From the IMG/VR virus record IMGVR_UViG_3300042988_001121, positions 32,001 to 96,000 of that record: a stretch of 64,000 nt of DNA; one strand, written 5' to 3'. The notes below the pieces were generated by a model. It ran no database searches. It was not told the origin of the DNA and saw only the letters and a program-made list of their open reading frames with translations. Both the position numbers and the translations under genes were made by a program. This DNA comes from a virus. Positions 18,171 through 27,917 of the stretch are shown here, piece by piece. The first letter of the stretch is position 1; every line of letters starts with the position of its first letter.

Positions 18171-18599
18171 ATGACTGGTTACATCAAACCAACGTCTTTC
18201 GGTCAATCTCGTGCAGGTGAGTGCAATGATTGTACAGTTCGTGCCCTCGCAAATACAGGAGTGATGAGTTACGATGCTGCGTTTACTCACATGAAAGACT
18301 TCGGTCGTTCAAACAATCGCGGAGCAAACCAATCCACTTTGTTTTCTGCTTATGAAGCTGCTGGCTATAAAGCAAAAATTTTTGGTACAACACGCACCGC
18401 TAAAGCATTCGCAAGAACCACTGGCTTAACAAAAGAAAAAGGAATGACAGTAAAAACTATGTTACAATCACCTGAATACAAAGGCAAGACCTTTATTGCT
18501 GTTATTAAGGGTCATGCTTTTGCTGTCGTCAATGGCGGCATTGTTGATACATCTTATATCAAAGAAAACAGTCGTGTAACATCAATCTTCATGAAATGA
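18171..18599 (+). CDS. Hypothetical protein (DCxVRA...GH family)
   Basis: ECNDCTVRALA...IKGHAFAVVNG..VDT; GGAG SD. Confidence 0.7.
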   Translation: MTGYIKPTSFGQSRAGECNDCTVRALANTGVMSYDAAFTHMKDFGRSNNRGANQSTLFSAYEAAGYKAKIFGTTRTAKAFARTTGLTKEKGMTVKTMLQSPEYKGKTFIAVIKGHAFAVVNGGIVDTSYIKENSRVTSIFMK

Positions 18600-18790
18600 A
18601 ATCTTTCATCTACAAAGTAACTTTACCGGAAGGCAAGACTATTCAGGGAAACCTGAATGTCTTTACTATCAGCGTAATTGCTGTCAACTCTACTACTGCA
18701 AAGGAATGGGTGAACCAAACCTTTGCTGGCGCAACAATGAACTACGTTGGTTCAACTGACCATGTACATCAGATTCCCAACCATGCATAA
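18596..18790 (+). CDS. Hypothetical protein
   Basis: ATGA-coupled to the upstream ORF. Confidence 0.55.
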   Translation: MKSFIYKVTLPEGKTIQGNLNVFTISVIAVNSTTAKEWVNQTFAGATMNYVGSTDHVHQIPNHA

Positions 18791-18802
18791 ATAAATGCAT
18801 GA

Positions 18803-18835
18803 GTCAGAAGCCATCGCTGACAATAACCAGATGGC
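18803..18835 (+). promoter_or_regulatory. H-type pseudoknot in the gp32 leader (autogenous translational operator-like)
   Basis: GTCAG-aa-GCCATC-g-CTGAC-aataacca-GATGGC: interleaved stems GTCAG/CTGAC and GCCATC/GATGGC. Confidence 0.75.
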
Positions 18836-18852
18836 ATTTTTAAAGGTGTAAA

Positions 18853-19719
18853 ATGAAAATTGATTTTAGTAAACTTCTCAAAGAAATTGATCCAGCGAAT
18901 CAAAAGAAAACTTTTGAGCGCGATGACGCACATTTCTGGCGTCTTAAGACCGATGAATCTGGTAATGGTAGTGCCGTGATTCGATTCCTTCCTGATGCCG
19001 AACCAACAAACATCCCATACTTCAAATTCTTTAAGTATGCATTCAAGAATCCAAAGACAGGTCGTTGGTACATCGAAAACAGTCCCACCACAATTAGCAA
19101 CAGTACACCTGACCCTGTTTATGAAGCAAATGGTAAGCTGACTGATTCTGCGGCGGATGTTGCTATCAAGAAACTGCGTAAGCGGAAAGTTTACTATCTC
19201 AGCAACATTCTGGTTGTCAAAGACCCTGCTAATCCAGAAAATAATGGTAAGGTTTTTCCATTCCAGTATGGGCAGAAAATCTATGATAAAATCATGGCAG
19301 CAATCTATCCAGACGAAGCATTGGGCGAAGAATCGTTCATTCCATTTGATCCTGTTGGTGGCGCTGATTTCCTTCTGAAGCAGACCGTTGTTGGGGATTT
19401 CCCGAATTTCGATCAATCCAAGTTCAGTCGTATTAAGCCTATCACTGATGATGAAGATCGGTTGGCTGAGATTCTGTCTCAGTGTTATTCTCTGAAAGAT
19501 CAGATCAAGATTAAGCCATATGACATTCTGAAGAAAAATTTTGATCGAGTCAATGGTGTTGCTGATACACCAGCGAAACCCGCTGATGACGAAGATGAAT
19601 TCGATACATTAGCAGAGTTGGCAAAGCCAGCCGCGAAACCCGCTGTCGAAAAGAAAGCGCCGACCGTCACTGCCGAAGATGACGATGAAGCATTCTTTAA
19701 ATCTCTTTTGAACGACTAA
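18853..19719 (+). CDS. gp32: Single-stranded DNA-binding protein gp32
   Basis: D..FWRL..D..GNGSAVIRFLP, WYIEN, NILVVKDPA.PENNGKVF, G.KI.DKI motifs and an acidic tail. Confidence 0.95.
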   Translation: MKIDFSKLLKEIDPANQKKTFERDDAHFWRLKTDESGNGSAVIRFLPDAEPTNIPYFKFFKYAFKNPKTGRWYIENSPTTISNSTPDPVYEANGKLTDSAADVAIKKLRKRKVYYLSNILVVKDPANPENNGKVFPFQYGQKIYDKIMAAIYPDEALGEESFIPFDPVGGADFLLKQTVVGDFPNFDQSKFSRIKPITDDEDRLAEILSQCYSLKDQIKIKPYDILKKNFDRVNGVADTPAKPADDEDEFDTLAELAKPAAKPAVEKKAPTVTAEDDDEAFFKSLLND

Positions 19720-19744
19720 GAAAATAGGGGGCATATGCCCCCAA

Positions 19745-20686
19745 TTGATTATGAAAAATAAAAAATATGAAGGTAAGAACGGAATCTGGTGTAGAATCAT
19801 TGCAGATTCGATTTCTCTTGGTGGTCATCGTATAACTACATTCGAAACTAATTTCCCTCGGTGGATTTTGGCGGAAGTTAATACGCACCGTGAACTGTCT
19901 AAGAATGCTGCGTCTTCTCGCGCTGTTCCTGTTGGTAGTTCTATTGACATGATTCTTGAGAATCCGGCTGTTCCTGTTCACTTTGGTGCAAACAATCCCG
20001 GAATGGTTTCCAATGTTGCCCTTGAAGGAATTCAGTTAGAGGGCGCAAAGGGGATGTGGGATTCAGCAATGCGATCTGCTGTCAATTTTGCTCGGGTCAT
20101 GTCCGATAAGGCAGGCATCAATGGTCATAAGCAGTGGGTAAATCGTGTTATTGAAAATTACACATTTACCCGACAGGTCATTACTGGAACCAAGTGGAAT
20201 AATTTTTTCTGGCTCCGCGATCACCCTGATGCACAACCAGAGTTTCGAGAATTAGCTCATTGTATGCATACGGCATATAAAGAGACTACTCCGAGTGTAT
20301 TGGAAGCTGGTCAATGGCACCTTCCATATGTTGACTTTGATGGTTCTAACTATCTTGTTGGTGATGAAGTCTATGATCTTGATACCGCAATCAAAATCTC
20401 TGCGTCATGCTGTGCTCAGGTAAGTTATCGTAAACTGGATATGTCAATTGACAAGGTGACTTCTATCTACGATAAATTGAATATCGGGTCTACTGATAAG
20501 CCGCAACATGTTTCACCAACAGAACACCAAGCAACGCCGATTCCATTGAATGTTAAACCTTTTGAAACAAATACTTGGGTTGATGGTATCACTCATGTTC
20601 GTCGTGATGGTATACTGTGCTCTGGTAATTTGACTGGCTGGATTCAGTATCGTCAACTGATCCCCGGACATACTAGAATGGGTTAA
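19745..20686 (+). CDS. thyX: Flavin-dependent thymidylate synthase (ThyX-like)
   Basis: TTFE..FPRWILAEVNTHRELSKNAASSRAVP, HKQW.NR..E, AQPEF and H.SPTEHQA motifs. Confidence 0.85.
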   Translation: MIMKNKKYEGKNGIWCRIIADSISLGGHRITTFETNFPRWILAEVNTHRELSKNAASSRAVPVGSSIDMILENPAVPVHFGANNPGMVSNVALEGIQLEGAKGMWDSAMRSAVNFARVMSDKAGINGHKQWVNRVIENYTFTRQVITGTKWNNFFWLRDHPDAQPEFRELAHCMHTAYKETTPSVLEAGQWHLPYVDFDGSNYLVGDEVYDLDTAIKISASCCAQVSYRKLDMSIDKVTSIYDKLNIGSTDKPQHVSPTEHQATPIPLNVKPFETNTWVDGITHVRRDGILCSGNLTGWIQYRQLIPGHTRMG

Positions 20687-20687
20687 C

Positions 20688-21011
20688 ATGAAAAAACTTA
20701 TTGCAATTGCTCTACTGGCATCATCTTCTGCTTCTTTTGCTCTAACGGATGGGCAGGCTGCATTGATTGGTATTATTGTTGGTAGTCAGATTAACAAAAC
20801 GACTGCATACCAATATCAACCGCAATCGTTTGACTCACTGAAATATTATCGAAATGTACCTTCTCCAATTATTAGTTCTGCAACGGATGTTTGCTCAGGT
20901 ATTTCTGACTCCATTGAGTTGGCTTATTGCCGGGGAGCAGCGCAAAGAGCAGAAATTGAACGCCGCCGAGCAGAGCAAGAGGCATACAATCGAGGATTGA
21001 ATGGTCGGTAA
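20688..21011 (+). CDS. Secreted/membrane hypothetical protein
   Basis: Signal-peptide-like MKKLIAIALLASSSASFA. Confidence 0.65.
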   Translation: MKKLIAIALLASSSASFALTDGQAALIGIIVGSQINKTTAYQYQPQSFDSLKYYRNVPSPIISSATDVCSGISDSIELAYCRGAAQRAEIERRRAEQEAYNRGLNGR

Positions 21012-21204
21012 AATTTTTCACTGGATATCTCATAAGACCGGAAATTATTCCGGTCGAGTAATCTCTTGGAGAGACGATAAATACATTTTTATTGGTTTCC
21101 AGTGCGACAAGTGTGGTGAAGTCGATAAAAAAACCATCAACGTTATTGAAAGTGTGATTGAAAATTATGAGCGAACAGACGATTCTTGTTATGAAACTGA
21201 TTAG
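21001..21204 (+). CDS. Hypothetical protein (CxxC)
   Basis: Overlapping coupled ORF. Confidence 0.5.
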   Translation: MVGKIFHWISHKTGNYSGRVISWRDDKYIFIGFQCDKCGEVDKKTINVIESVIENYERTDDSCYETD

Positions 21205-21469
21205 TGGCGAAGAACTGATTGCCACTGTGACCGAAGATTCTGGTCAATACATTGCAACTGATGTATTGCAGATCATGAGTGTTCCTGATGAACAGACCTC
21301 TACTATGCGAATGGGGTTGGTTGACTTCATGCCATACTCCAACGGAAAAGGTATTGCTATCCCTGCTGCGATGTGCATCGTTTCCTTTCCTTCCGAAGAT
21401 TTCCTGAATCATTACAAACAGAAATTTGGGCGAATTATTACTCCATCAAGTAAGATTCAGTTGTCTTGA
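21167..21469 (+). CDS. Sm-like domain phage protein
   Basis: MKLISGEELIA...MPYS motif of a common T4-like small protein. Confidence 0.65.
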   Translation: MSEQTILVMKLISGEELIATVTEDSGQYIATDVLQIMSVPDEQTSTMRMGLVDFMPYSNGKGIAIPAAMCIVSFPSEDFLNHYKQKFGRIITPSSKIQLS

Positions 21470-21687
21470 AATACATCAAGAGAAGCTCCGTTGAGTCTCA
21501 GCGGCTTTCCATAAAAGATCATCTTGCGGTGATCTTTTATAGTCTTTTTTTGATTCCTATTGTGATGGTGACATTTTGCTTTCAGAGTCTATATCAATTG
21601 ATTCTGATACCACATACAGTGATAAGCGATGTTTTCCTTGCAAGGCAATTCAAAATATTTTTGAGGGATAATGATGCCGACATATGA
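21466..21687 (+). CDS. Small membrane protein
   Basis: Hydrophobic stretch LAVIFYSLFLIPIVMVTFCF. Confidence 0.5.
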   Translation: MKYIKRSSVESQRLSIKDHLAVIFYSLFLIPIVMVTFCFQSLYQLILIPHTVISDVFLARQFKIFLRDNDADI

Positions 21688-21940
21688 ATATAAGTGTCAG
21701 GAGTGCGGAAACGTCAGGGACATGATCAAGTCTATCTCCACAAGGGATGAAACTGAGTCTGATGTTTGTCAAGAATGTGGATCGGTCGGTAAATACTCAA
21801 GACAAGTAGGGGCAGCAATGGTTGCTTATACTGTCACAGTAAACGGTTCTGGTAAGCCCCCATCTGGTTTTCGTGAAGTGTTAAAAAATATTCAAAAGCG
21901 TTCTCCGGGAGCTAACCCGAACATGAGTAGCCACATCTAG
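21671..21940 (+). CDS. FmdB-family zinc-ribbon protein
   Basis: MPTYEYKCQECG...CQECGS. Confidence 0.8.
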   Translation: MMPTYEYKCQECGNVRDMIKSISTRDETESDVCQECGSVGKYSRQVGAAMVAYTVTVNGSGKPPSGFREVLKNIQKRSPGANPNMSSHI

Positions 21941-21953
21941 AACGGATATTATT

Positions 21954-22775
21954 TTGACACGAAGCATTCGCACACCAAGAAAATCTATCACAAACTCGTC
22001 TGCACAGAATGAGCGCACTGCAAAGAGACTGGCAAGGCAACAAAAGCGCCTTGAAAGAGAATTGTTGTGTGATATGGGGCAGATGACACAGGCTCAGGTC
22101 AAACCAATCAGAATCGATAATCTTAAGAACATCGATCCACTGACAGATACACAAACCGATTTTTTTGAGTGTTATGAGTCGAATCAGGCAGATGCTTTTG
22201 TTCTGTATGGTTCTGCTGGCACAGGTAAAAGTTATCTTGCAATGTATCATGCCCTTCAGGATGTTCTGTCAGGTGAGACAAGACAAAATCGTATTGTCAT
22301 CGTAAGAACGACTGTTAGTGCAAGGGATATGGGAGCATTACCGGGAGTTGAGTCAGAAAAACTTGCTCCATATGAAGCGCCCTATATCGACATTTGCCGT
22401 GACTTGCTTGGTCGAAAAGATGCATACGAAAAACTCAAAGATATGGGTGTTGTTGAATTCTATTCAACTGCATTCATTCGCGGAGTGACATTCGATAATG
22501 CGATTGTGATTTTTGATGAAGTTCAAAACAGCACATTCCAAGAAACATCAAGTGTCGTAACACGTACTGGTAGAGACACAAAATTGATTATCTGTGGTGA
22601 CGGTAAGCAAGATGACCTGCATTACAAAAAGACTGATGTATCTGGTTTCCGTGACTTTCTGGCTGTGTCCAAAAATATGCCAGAATTCAGACACTTTAGA
22701 TTCGGTCCCGAAGATATCGTAAGGTCAGGAATCGTTAAATCTTGGATTCTTGCTTCAGAGAAACTAGGATTGTAA
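21954..22775 (+). CDS. phoH: PhoH-like ATPase
   Basis: GSAGTGKS, GALPG..SEK, RGVTF, DEVQN, GDGKQ.DL and DIVRSG motifs. Confidence 0.93.
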   Translation: MTRSIRTPRKSITNSSAQNERTAKRLARQQKRLERELLCDMGQMTQAQVKPIRIDNLKNIDPLTDTQTDFFECYESNQADAFVLYGSAGTGKSYLAMYHALQDVLSGETRQNRIVIVRTTVSARDMGALPGVESEKLAPYEAPYIDICRDLLGRKDAYEKLKDMGVVEFYSTAFIRGVTFDNAIVIFDEVQNSTFQETSSVVTRTGRDTKLIICGDGKQDDLHYKKTDVSGFRDFLAVSKNMPEFRHFRFGPEDIVRSGIVKSWILASEKLGL

Positions 22776-22880
22776 TCAGGAATAGCCCTAGAACGCATTT
22801 AAACGGCTTTTGGGGCGTTTTTTCAATAAACTAAGGGGTAGATAACTCTTTACCCCATTTCTTCCTCTAAGGGCTTTATA

Positions 22881-24434
22881 ATGATAAGTTGTAATGAGTG
22901 TGGTTCAACCAATTTGATCAAGAAGGGTACGTACACAACGGCATCCGGTGATTTCAAACAAAGATATAAATGCAATAACTGCGGCAGTCCTTTACGAGTG
23001 TCCAGCGAAAAGTTTTCAGAAGAAACAGAGATTGCGGTCGATTCGATCTACGATGAACCTACAAATGCAGGAATCAAGCGATATGTGATTACCTCGGTTC
23101 AGAATAACTCTGATATCAATGAAGATTTTCTTTCTAGCCTTGATACATACTGCTCTTATAATGAGGCACAGTTGATGATCGTTCCGTTTGTCTATAACGG
23201 AGAGGGAACCATTGTTGAATATAATGTGAGTCCAAGGCACCGAGAATGCTTCGTCAATTCTCGCGTCAAACTACATGATGAACTGTTTGTGATGGGGCAT
23301 TTCAATTTCTCGCCTACCACAGTCAACCCATTTGCTGGAATGGAGCCAATTTCAAAGGGAAATTCTCTGATCATTCCATCACCTCAGTTGCGAATGAAGT
23401 CTCTGGCAATGTCATCGAATCAACATCCAGCAATCTTGATTACAACAGGTGCAATCAGCGTCCCTAACTATTTGCCATCAAAGACAGGTGAACGCGCCTC
23501 GTTTAATCATTCATTCTCTGCGGTTGTGGTTGAAATTGATTCTGATAACGATTATCATATTCGTGTTCTGAATGCCGATATCACTGGCGGGTTCTATGAT
23601 CTAGATGCATACTATACCCCCTATGGTGAAGTTTCAACCAATAATAACATCACATGTCTTGTTACGGGCGATGAACATGCTATCTTTGCTTGTCCTGATG
23701 TTGAGAGCGCAACATATACTGCCGCAGACTCGATTGTTAATATTTTGAATCCAAAGGTTGTTGTTCGTCATGATCTATTGGACTGCTATTCTGTGAGCCA
23801 TCATCACCGGAAAGATTCTATTCTCTCTGTTGGTAAGTACCTATATGGAAATAACAGCATTCAAAGTGAATTGGATGCTACAATAGATTATCTTGAGCGC
23901 ACGACAGGAGATTTTGATAACGTTATCGTTTCATCGAATCACAACGATCATTTGACCAAGTGGCTCAAGGAAGTTGACATTAAATCAGAGCCTTGGAATG
24001 CATTGTTGTATCATCAACTGATGTACCTTACTCTTGCGAGTATTGAGAAGACCGATGTTGGTATCAGCTATGCAAACCCATTTGAAACATATTTCCGCGA
24101 TTCAGAGGTATCAAATACAACGAATGTCAAGTTTCTTGGTAGAGACGAGTCATTCACCGTACATGGGATTGAACTGAATGCGCATGGTGATGTTGGTGTG
24201 AATGGTTCTCGTAGTAGCCTTGCTCAGTATTCCAATCTGGCTCAGAAATATGTGATTGGTCATTCGCATACACCGGGAATTATTTGGGGTGCATATCAAG
24301 TAGGAACCAGTTCTCGCTTGAAATTAGAGTATAATCGGGGACCGTCTAGCTGGATGAATACGCACTGTATCATTCACGAAAACGGAAAACGTCAGCTTAT
24401 TAACATTATTAACGGAAAGTGGAGAGCTAAATGA
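22881..24434 (+). CDS. Metallophosphoesterase with an N-terminal Zn ribbon (T5 A1-like family)
   Basis: CNECGS...RYKCNNCG; RYVITSVQNN; GDEH, HD, SNH.DH, HGD and GHSHTP metal-binding motifs. Confidence 0.7.
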   Translation: MISCNECGSTNLIKKGTYTTASGDFKQRYKCNNCGSPLRVSSEKFSEETEIAVDSIYDEPTNAGIKRYVITSVQNNSDINEDFLSSLDTYCSYNEAQLMIVPFVYNGEGTIVEYNVSPRHRECFVNSRVKLHDELFVMGHFNFSPTTVNPFAGMEPISKGNSLIIPSPQLRMKSLAMSSNQHPAILITTGAISVPNYLPSKTGERASFNHSFSAVVVEIDSDNDYHIRVLNADITGGFYDLDAYYTPYGEVSTNNNITCLVTGDEHAIFACPDVESATYTAADSIVNILNPKVVVRHDLLDCYSVSHHHRKDSILSVGKYLYGNNSIQSELDATIDYLERTTGDFDNVIVSSNHNDHLTKWLKEVDIKSEPWNALLYHQLMYLTLASIEKTDVGISYANPFETYFRDSEVSNTTNVKFLGRDESFTVHGIELNAHGDVGVNGSRSSLAQYSNLAQKYVIGHSHTPGIIWGAYQVGTSSRLKLEYNRGPSSWMNTHCIIHENGKRQLINIINGKWRAK

Positions 24435-24631
24435 AAGTCGAAACCAATCAGCGATTCGTTTCAAAGAAAACCGGAAACAACATTCTGGTCAAGAAAGTTT
24501 TCCGAACCGGAACTAATCGCAAACATGATATTGTGGTTGTGGTTGATGTTCAGCGAGGTGTCGGGAAAATTGAGACTGCCCGTATTATGGAGTCTGATAG
24601 TATTCGTCGTCGTTACCGTGAAATTTTGTGA
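24431..24631 (+). CDS. Hypothetical protein
   Basis: Coupled ORF. Confidence 0.55.
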   Translation: MKVETNQRFVSKKTGNNILVKKVFRTGTNRKHDIVVVVDVQRGVGKIETARIMESDSIRRRYREIL

Positions 24632-24640
24632 AGGAAAATA

Positions 24641-25270
24641 ATGAAAGCAGATGCAGAAGAAGTTGAAATCGTTGAAATTCTGAATCAGGCGCAACAAAGC
24701 GGGATGATTCGAGTCAATAAACAGGTCATTACTCAATATAACGTTTTTCTGGATCGACAGATCGGAGCACCTTCTGAGTATCGTGATCTGATCAATGCTC
24801 TATATAACGCAGGGGAAGGCGATATTTTCAATATCGTTATTAATTCTCCGGGCGGTTATCTGAGTTCAGCAATGGCGATTATTGAGGCAATCAATAACAC
24901 AGAAGCATTGGTTCGTGCTATCATGGTCGGGGAGTGTCACTCTGCTGCCAGTCTGATTGCCCTGAAGTGTCATGAAATTGTTTTGGGTCAATACTCTCAT
25001 ATGATGTGTCATACCGCTGATTATGTCAGTGGCGGAAACACACATAATGTTCAGGCTCATGCAAACTTTAGTACATCATATATCAATCGAATCATTGATG
25101 ATGTTTATAAAGACTTCCTGACAGAGACTGAGTTGAGTGATTTGCGTAAGGGAGCCGAAGTTTGGCTAGATTATGATGAACTAGAAAAGCGAATGCTGAA
25201 ACGACAGGAACTGTTAGTGAAGGCAGCAAAAGAAGAAGCCAAAATACCGAACAAAGGTAAAAAGGCTTAA
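24641..25270 (+). CDS. ClpP/crotonase-fold serine protease
   Basis: INSPGG, ECHSAAS (nucleophile Ser), MMCH and E.WL motifs. Confidence 0.8.
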   Translation: MKADAEEVEIVEILNQAQQSGMIRVNKQVITQYNVFLDRQIGAPSEYRDLINALYNAGEGDIFNIVINSPGGYLSSAMAIIEAINNTEALVRAIMVGECHSAASLIALKCHEIVLGQYSHMMCHTADYVSGGNTHNVQAHANFSTSYINRIIDDVYKDFLTETELSDLRKGAEVWLDYDELEKRMLKRQELLVKAAKEEAKIPNKGKKA

Positions 25271-25274
25271 AAAG

Positions 25275-25300
25275 AATGGCAAGTGACCCTTGCCATTTTT
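25275..25300 (+). terminator. Intrinsic terminator
   Basis: AATGGCAAG-tgacc-CTTGCCATT followed by a T-run. Confidence 0.75.
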
Positions 25301-25321
25301 ATTTTGTGATATAATTTTGTT

Positions 25322-27028
25322 ATGACAAAAATTCTACGTGAACAACATATCATTGATGCATACAATTTTCTTGGATTCTCTCCCCGAGATTCTCAGATGA
25401 AGATTGTTGATAACATCGTTCATTCCTTTCTTGATAAGAAGAAAAGGAATGTTATTCTATCTGCGCCAACAGGATCAGGTAAATCTATTATCGCGGCAGT
25501 GGTCGCAAGAGTTCTGGATACCATAACTAATGGTAATGGTCAGTCTGCTATTTTCATGTCCAGTACCAACGCGCTTGTAAACCAATACGCGGATACATTC
25601 AATCATCACAACGAATCTGAGTTCTTCCGTATCAAGGGAGCCTCAAATTATCCTTGCAACTATTTCATTAGTAAGGGCAATACGACTGCAACAGGAGAAG
25701 AATGCGCCAAGAATGATCTTGATGTTATGGAGCAGACTCATTTCTGTAATAAATGCTCATATGACAAGGCAAAGGGGCTTGCAAAGACAACGAACAACCT
25801 GATCACAAATTATGCGTTGTTCATGACTTCTGCGACCACGAATCGAACCCATTGCTCTCGTAATCTTCAGGTGTTTGATGAAGCGCATTTGATCAATGAT
25901 GTTTATTGTGAGTTTGTTGCTGTTACCATTGATGTGACGAATTTGGATGCTATCATCAAAATTTTGAACAATCTGGCATCAAAATTTTCTTCTCATGTTG
26001 ATGCCATTCAAGGTATTCGCGCAGAGATACAAAACCAGATGGTTACGGATAGTAACTATATCAAATTCTTTGATCGAGCAAGAAGTATATTTACAGAAAC
26101 TGCAAAGGAAGCCGCAAGACTTGCTGATCTACATACGGATGTAAGAGAGAAAGCCAGATATTTGAAAATCTCTAAGCGAGTCGCAAACATCGCTCACAAA
26201 ATCAAAGAGTTTCTTAAAAACGATTACGAACATGTTTTTGATAACTCTACTGTTGGTATAGTAAGTGTTAAACCGATTTTCGTTTCAGAAATGATGGAAG
26301 CCTTGTTAGGTAAATACAACCTGTTTATGTCAGCAACACTTTCAGTTGATTTTGCTGCAACGACAATGAATCTCGATCCAGACGAAACGGATTATATTGA
26401 TGTTGGGGTAGTATTTCCGCCAGAGAATCTTCCGCTGTTCTTTGTTGGTACAACTGCCCTGAATTATCATCAGATGCAGATGCCCGAGACTTTCGTGAAC
26501 CTTGGTAAATTGTGTGCCAATATCATTGCTTCACATGGAAACGACAAAGGAATCATTTTGACGCCTTCCTTTGCTGTTACGAAGAAGATTGTTGACAACC
26601 TCGGTCGGTTTAAGAGCATATATTCGAAAAACTCCGATGTTAAGATATTCGAACATCAGTCAGGTAAGCAGGCATCAGAGATAGTCACTGAATTCAAAGA
26701 ATATGAGGGCGCAGCGGTTCTGTTGTCGCCTTCTATCTTTGAGGGAATTGATTTTGCTGATGATCATAGTCGGTATCAGATCATCCTAAAAACACCTTTC
26801 GCGAGCCTTGGTGACAAGAGAATGTCAAAGATCGCAAAAGATTACCCTGAAATATATCGTTCAATTGGTCTACTTAAAATTATTCAGGGCATCGGTAGAA
26901 GTGTTCGCAGTAGCACAGATACCGCCGCTACATATTTCACTGACAAGAGCAGTGAAACATTGTATAATTCTAAACTGAACATCTGGAAAAATCGATTTAG
27001 TGTCCAGTACAGTAGTTCAACTCGTTAA
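25322..27028 (+). CDS. DinG/XPD-like SF2 helicase
   Basis: RDSQ, SAPTGSGKS, Cys cluster (YPC...C...C..C), VFDEAH, EGIDF and QGIGRSVR motifs. Confidence 0.85.
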   Translation: MTKILREQHIIDAYNFLGFSPRDSQMKIVDNIVHSFLDKKKRNVILSAPTGSGKSIIAAVVARVLDTITNGNGQSAIFMSSTNALVNQYADTFNHHNESEFFRIKGASNYPCNYFISKGNTTATGEECAKNDLDVMEQTHFCNKCSYDKAKGLAKTTNNLITNYALFMTSATTNRTHCSRNLQVFDEAHLINDVYCEFVAVTIDVTNLDAIIKILNNLASKFSSHVDAIQGIRAEIQNQMVTDSNYIKFFDRARSIFTETAKEAARLADLHTDVREKARYLKISKRVANIAHKIKEFLKNDYEHVFDNSTVGIVSVKPIFVSEMMEALLGKYNLFMSATLSVDFAATTMNLDPDETDYIDVGVVFPPENLPLFFVGTTALNYHQMQMPETFVNLGKLCANIIASHGNDKGIILTPSFAVTKKIVDNLGRFKSIYSKNSDVKIFEHQSGKQASEIVTEFKEYEGAAVLLSPSIFEGIDFADDHSRYQIILKTPFASLGDKRMSKIAKDYPEIYRSIGLLKIIQGIGRSVRSSTDTAATYFTDKSSETLYNSKLNIWKNRFSVQYSSSTR

Positions 27029-27037
27029 AGGAAAAAC

Positions 27038-27415
27038 ATGACAAATGAAAAATTCGTATACCAAACTGATACGACAGGAGTGGTTTACTCTACACCAACG
27101 ACTGGAATCAATTACGGTATTCCGAAACCCGTTATCACAGCCCCGGTTATCAACACAAAAATAGAATTGCGAACCGAGGCGCGTAAACACAATCATTATT
27201 TCAAAGATGTGTCGAAGCTACAAACAATTGATGTTTATCGTGTATTGTCTCTATTCAATGTGACCGATCCGTGTATTCAACATGCAGTAAAGAAATTGCT
27301 TGTTGCTGGCGGTCGCGGCGCAGGAAAAGATATCAAGCGCGATATCAAAGAGGCAATCGATACATTGAGCCGTTGGGTAGAAATGCAGGGCGAAAATGAA
27401 TCACGTAATGGTTGA
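27038..27415 (+). CDS. Conserved phage protein (DUF3310-like)
   Basis: HYF...IDVY...AVKKLL..G.RG.KD...DI.EA motif. Confidence 0.6.
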   Translation: MTNEKFVYQTDTTGVVYSTPTTGINYGIPKPVITAPVINTKIELRTEARKHNHYFKDVSKLQTIDVYRVLSLFNVTDPCIQHAVKKLLVAGGRGAGKDIKRDIKEAIDTLSRWVEMQGENESRNG

Positions 27416-27917
27416 TATCGAAACAATGGACGTAGTACCAACTGCTGCCATTGTCTCAATCGGTGCTGTCAAATTTGACACTAATACAGGTGAGTTAGGT
27501 GAAACTTTTAAAGTCAACCTAGATATCACGGAACAAAAGAAACTTGGGTTATCTTTCAGTAACTCTACTGTTGAATGGTGGAAAGAACAGCCGCCAGAAG
27601 TATGGAAGGGAATTCGTGAGAATTCCGTTTCGATCACAGAAGGTATGGAACGTTTCAAAAATTTCTGTGGAAAATCTGAGTTCTATTGGGGTAATGGCGC
27701 TGGTTTCGACATGCCAATTATTCGTAATGCGTGTCATGTTATTGGTATGGAACCTTGGTGGAAATACTATAATCTTATGTGTTATCGAACCCTAATCAAT
27801 CTTCATGGGTTGGATAACAAAAAACTCTCGGCAGGTCGAGAAGGATACCACGACTCTGTTTCTGATGCTATTTTTCAGGCAGAGACTTTATTGAAAATTA
27901 TGAAAGGTGAACTGTAA
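27396..27917 (+). CDS. DEDDh 3'-5' exonuclease (DexA/ExoVIII-C-like)
   Basis: MVDIET, WGNGAGFD and H.S..DA..QA motifs. Confidence 0.85.
   Translation: MNHVMVDIETMDVVPTAAIVSIGAVKFDTNTGELGETFKVNLDITEQKKLGLSFSNSTVEWWKEQPPEVWKGIRENSVSITEGMERFKNFCGKSEFYWGNGAGFDMPIIRNACHVIGMEPWWKYYNLMCYRTLINLHGLDNKKLSAGREGYHDSVSDAIFQAETLLKIMKGEL

Noticed and set aside
19727-19742. Terminator after gp32
   Set aside because: A GC hairpin (GGGGGC-ATAT-GCCCCC) is present but lacks a U-tract on the plus strand; it may be a processing or stability hairpin, so it was not called.
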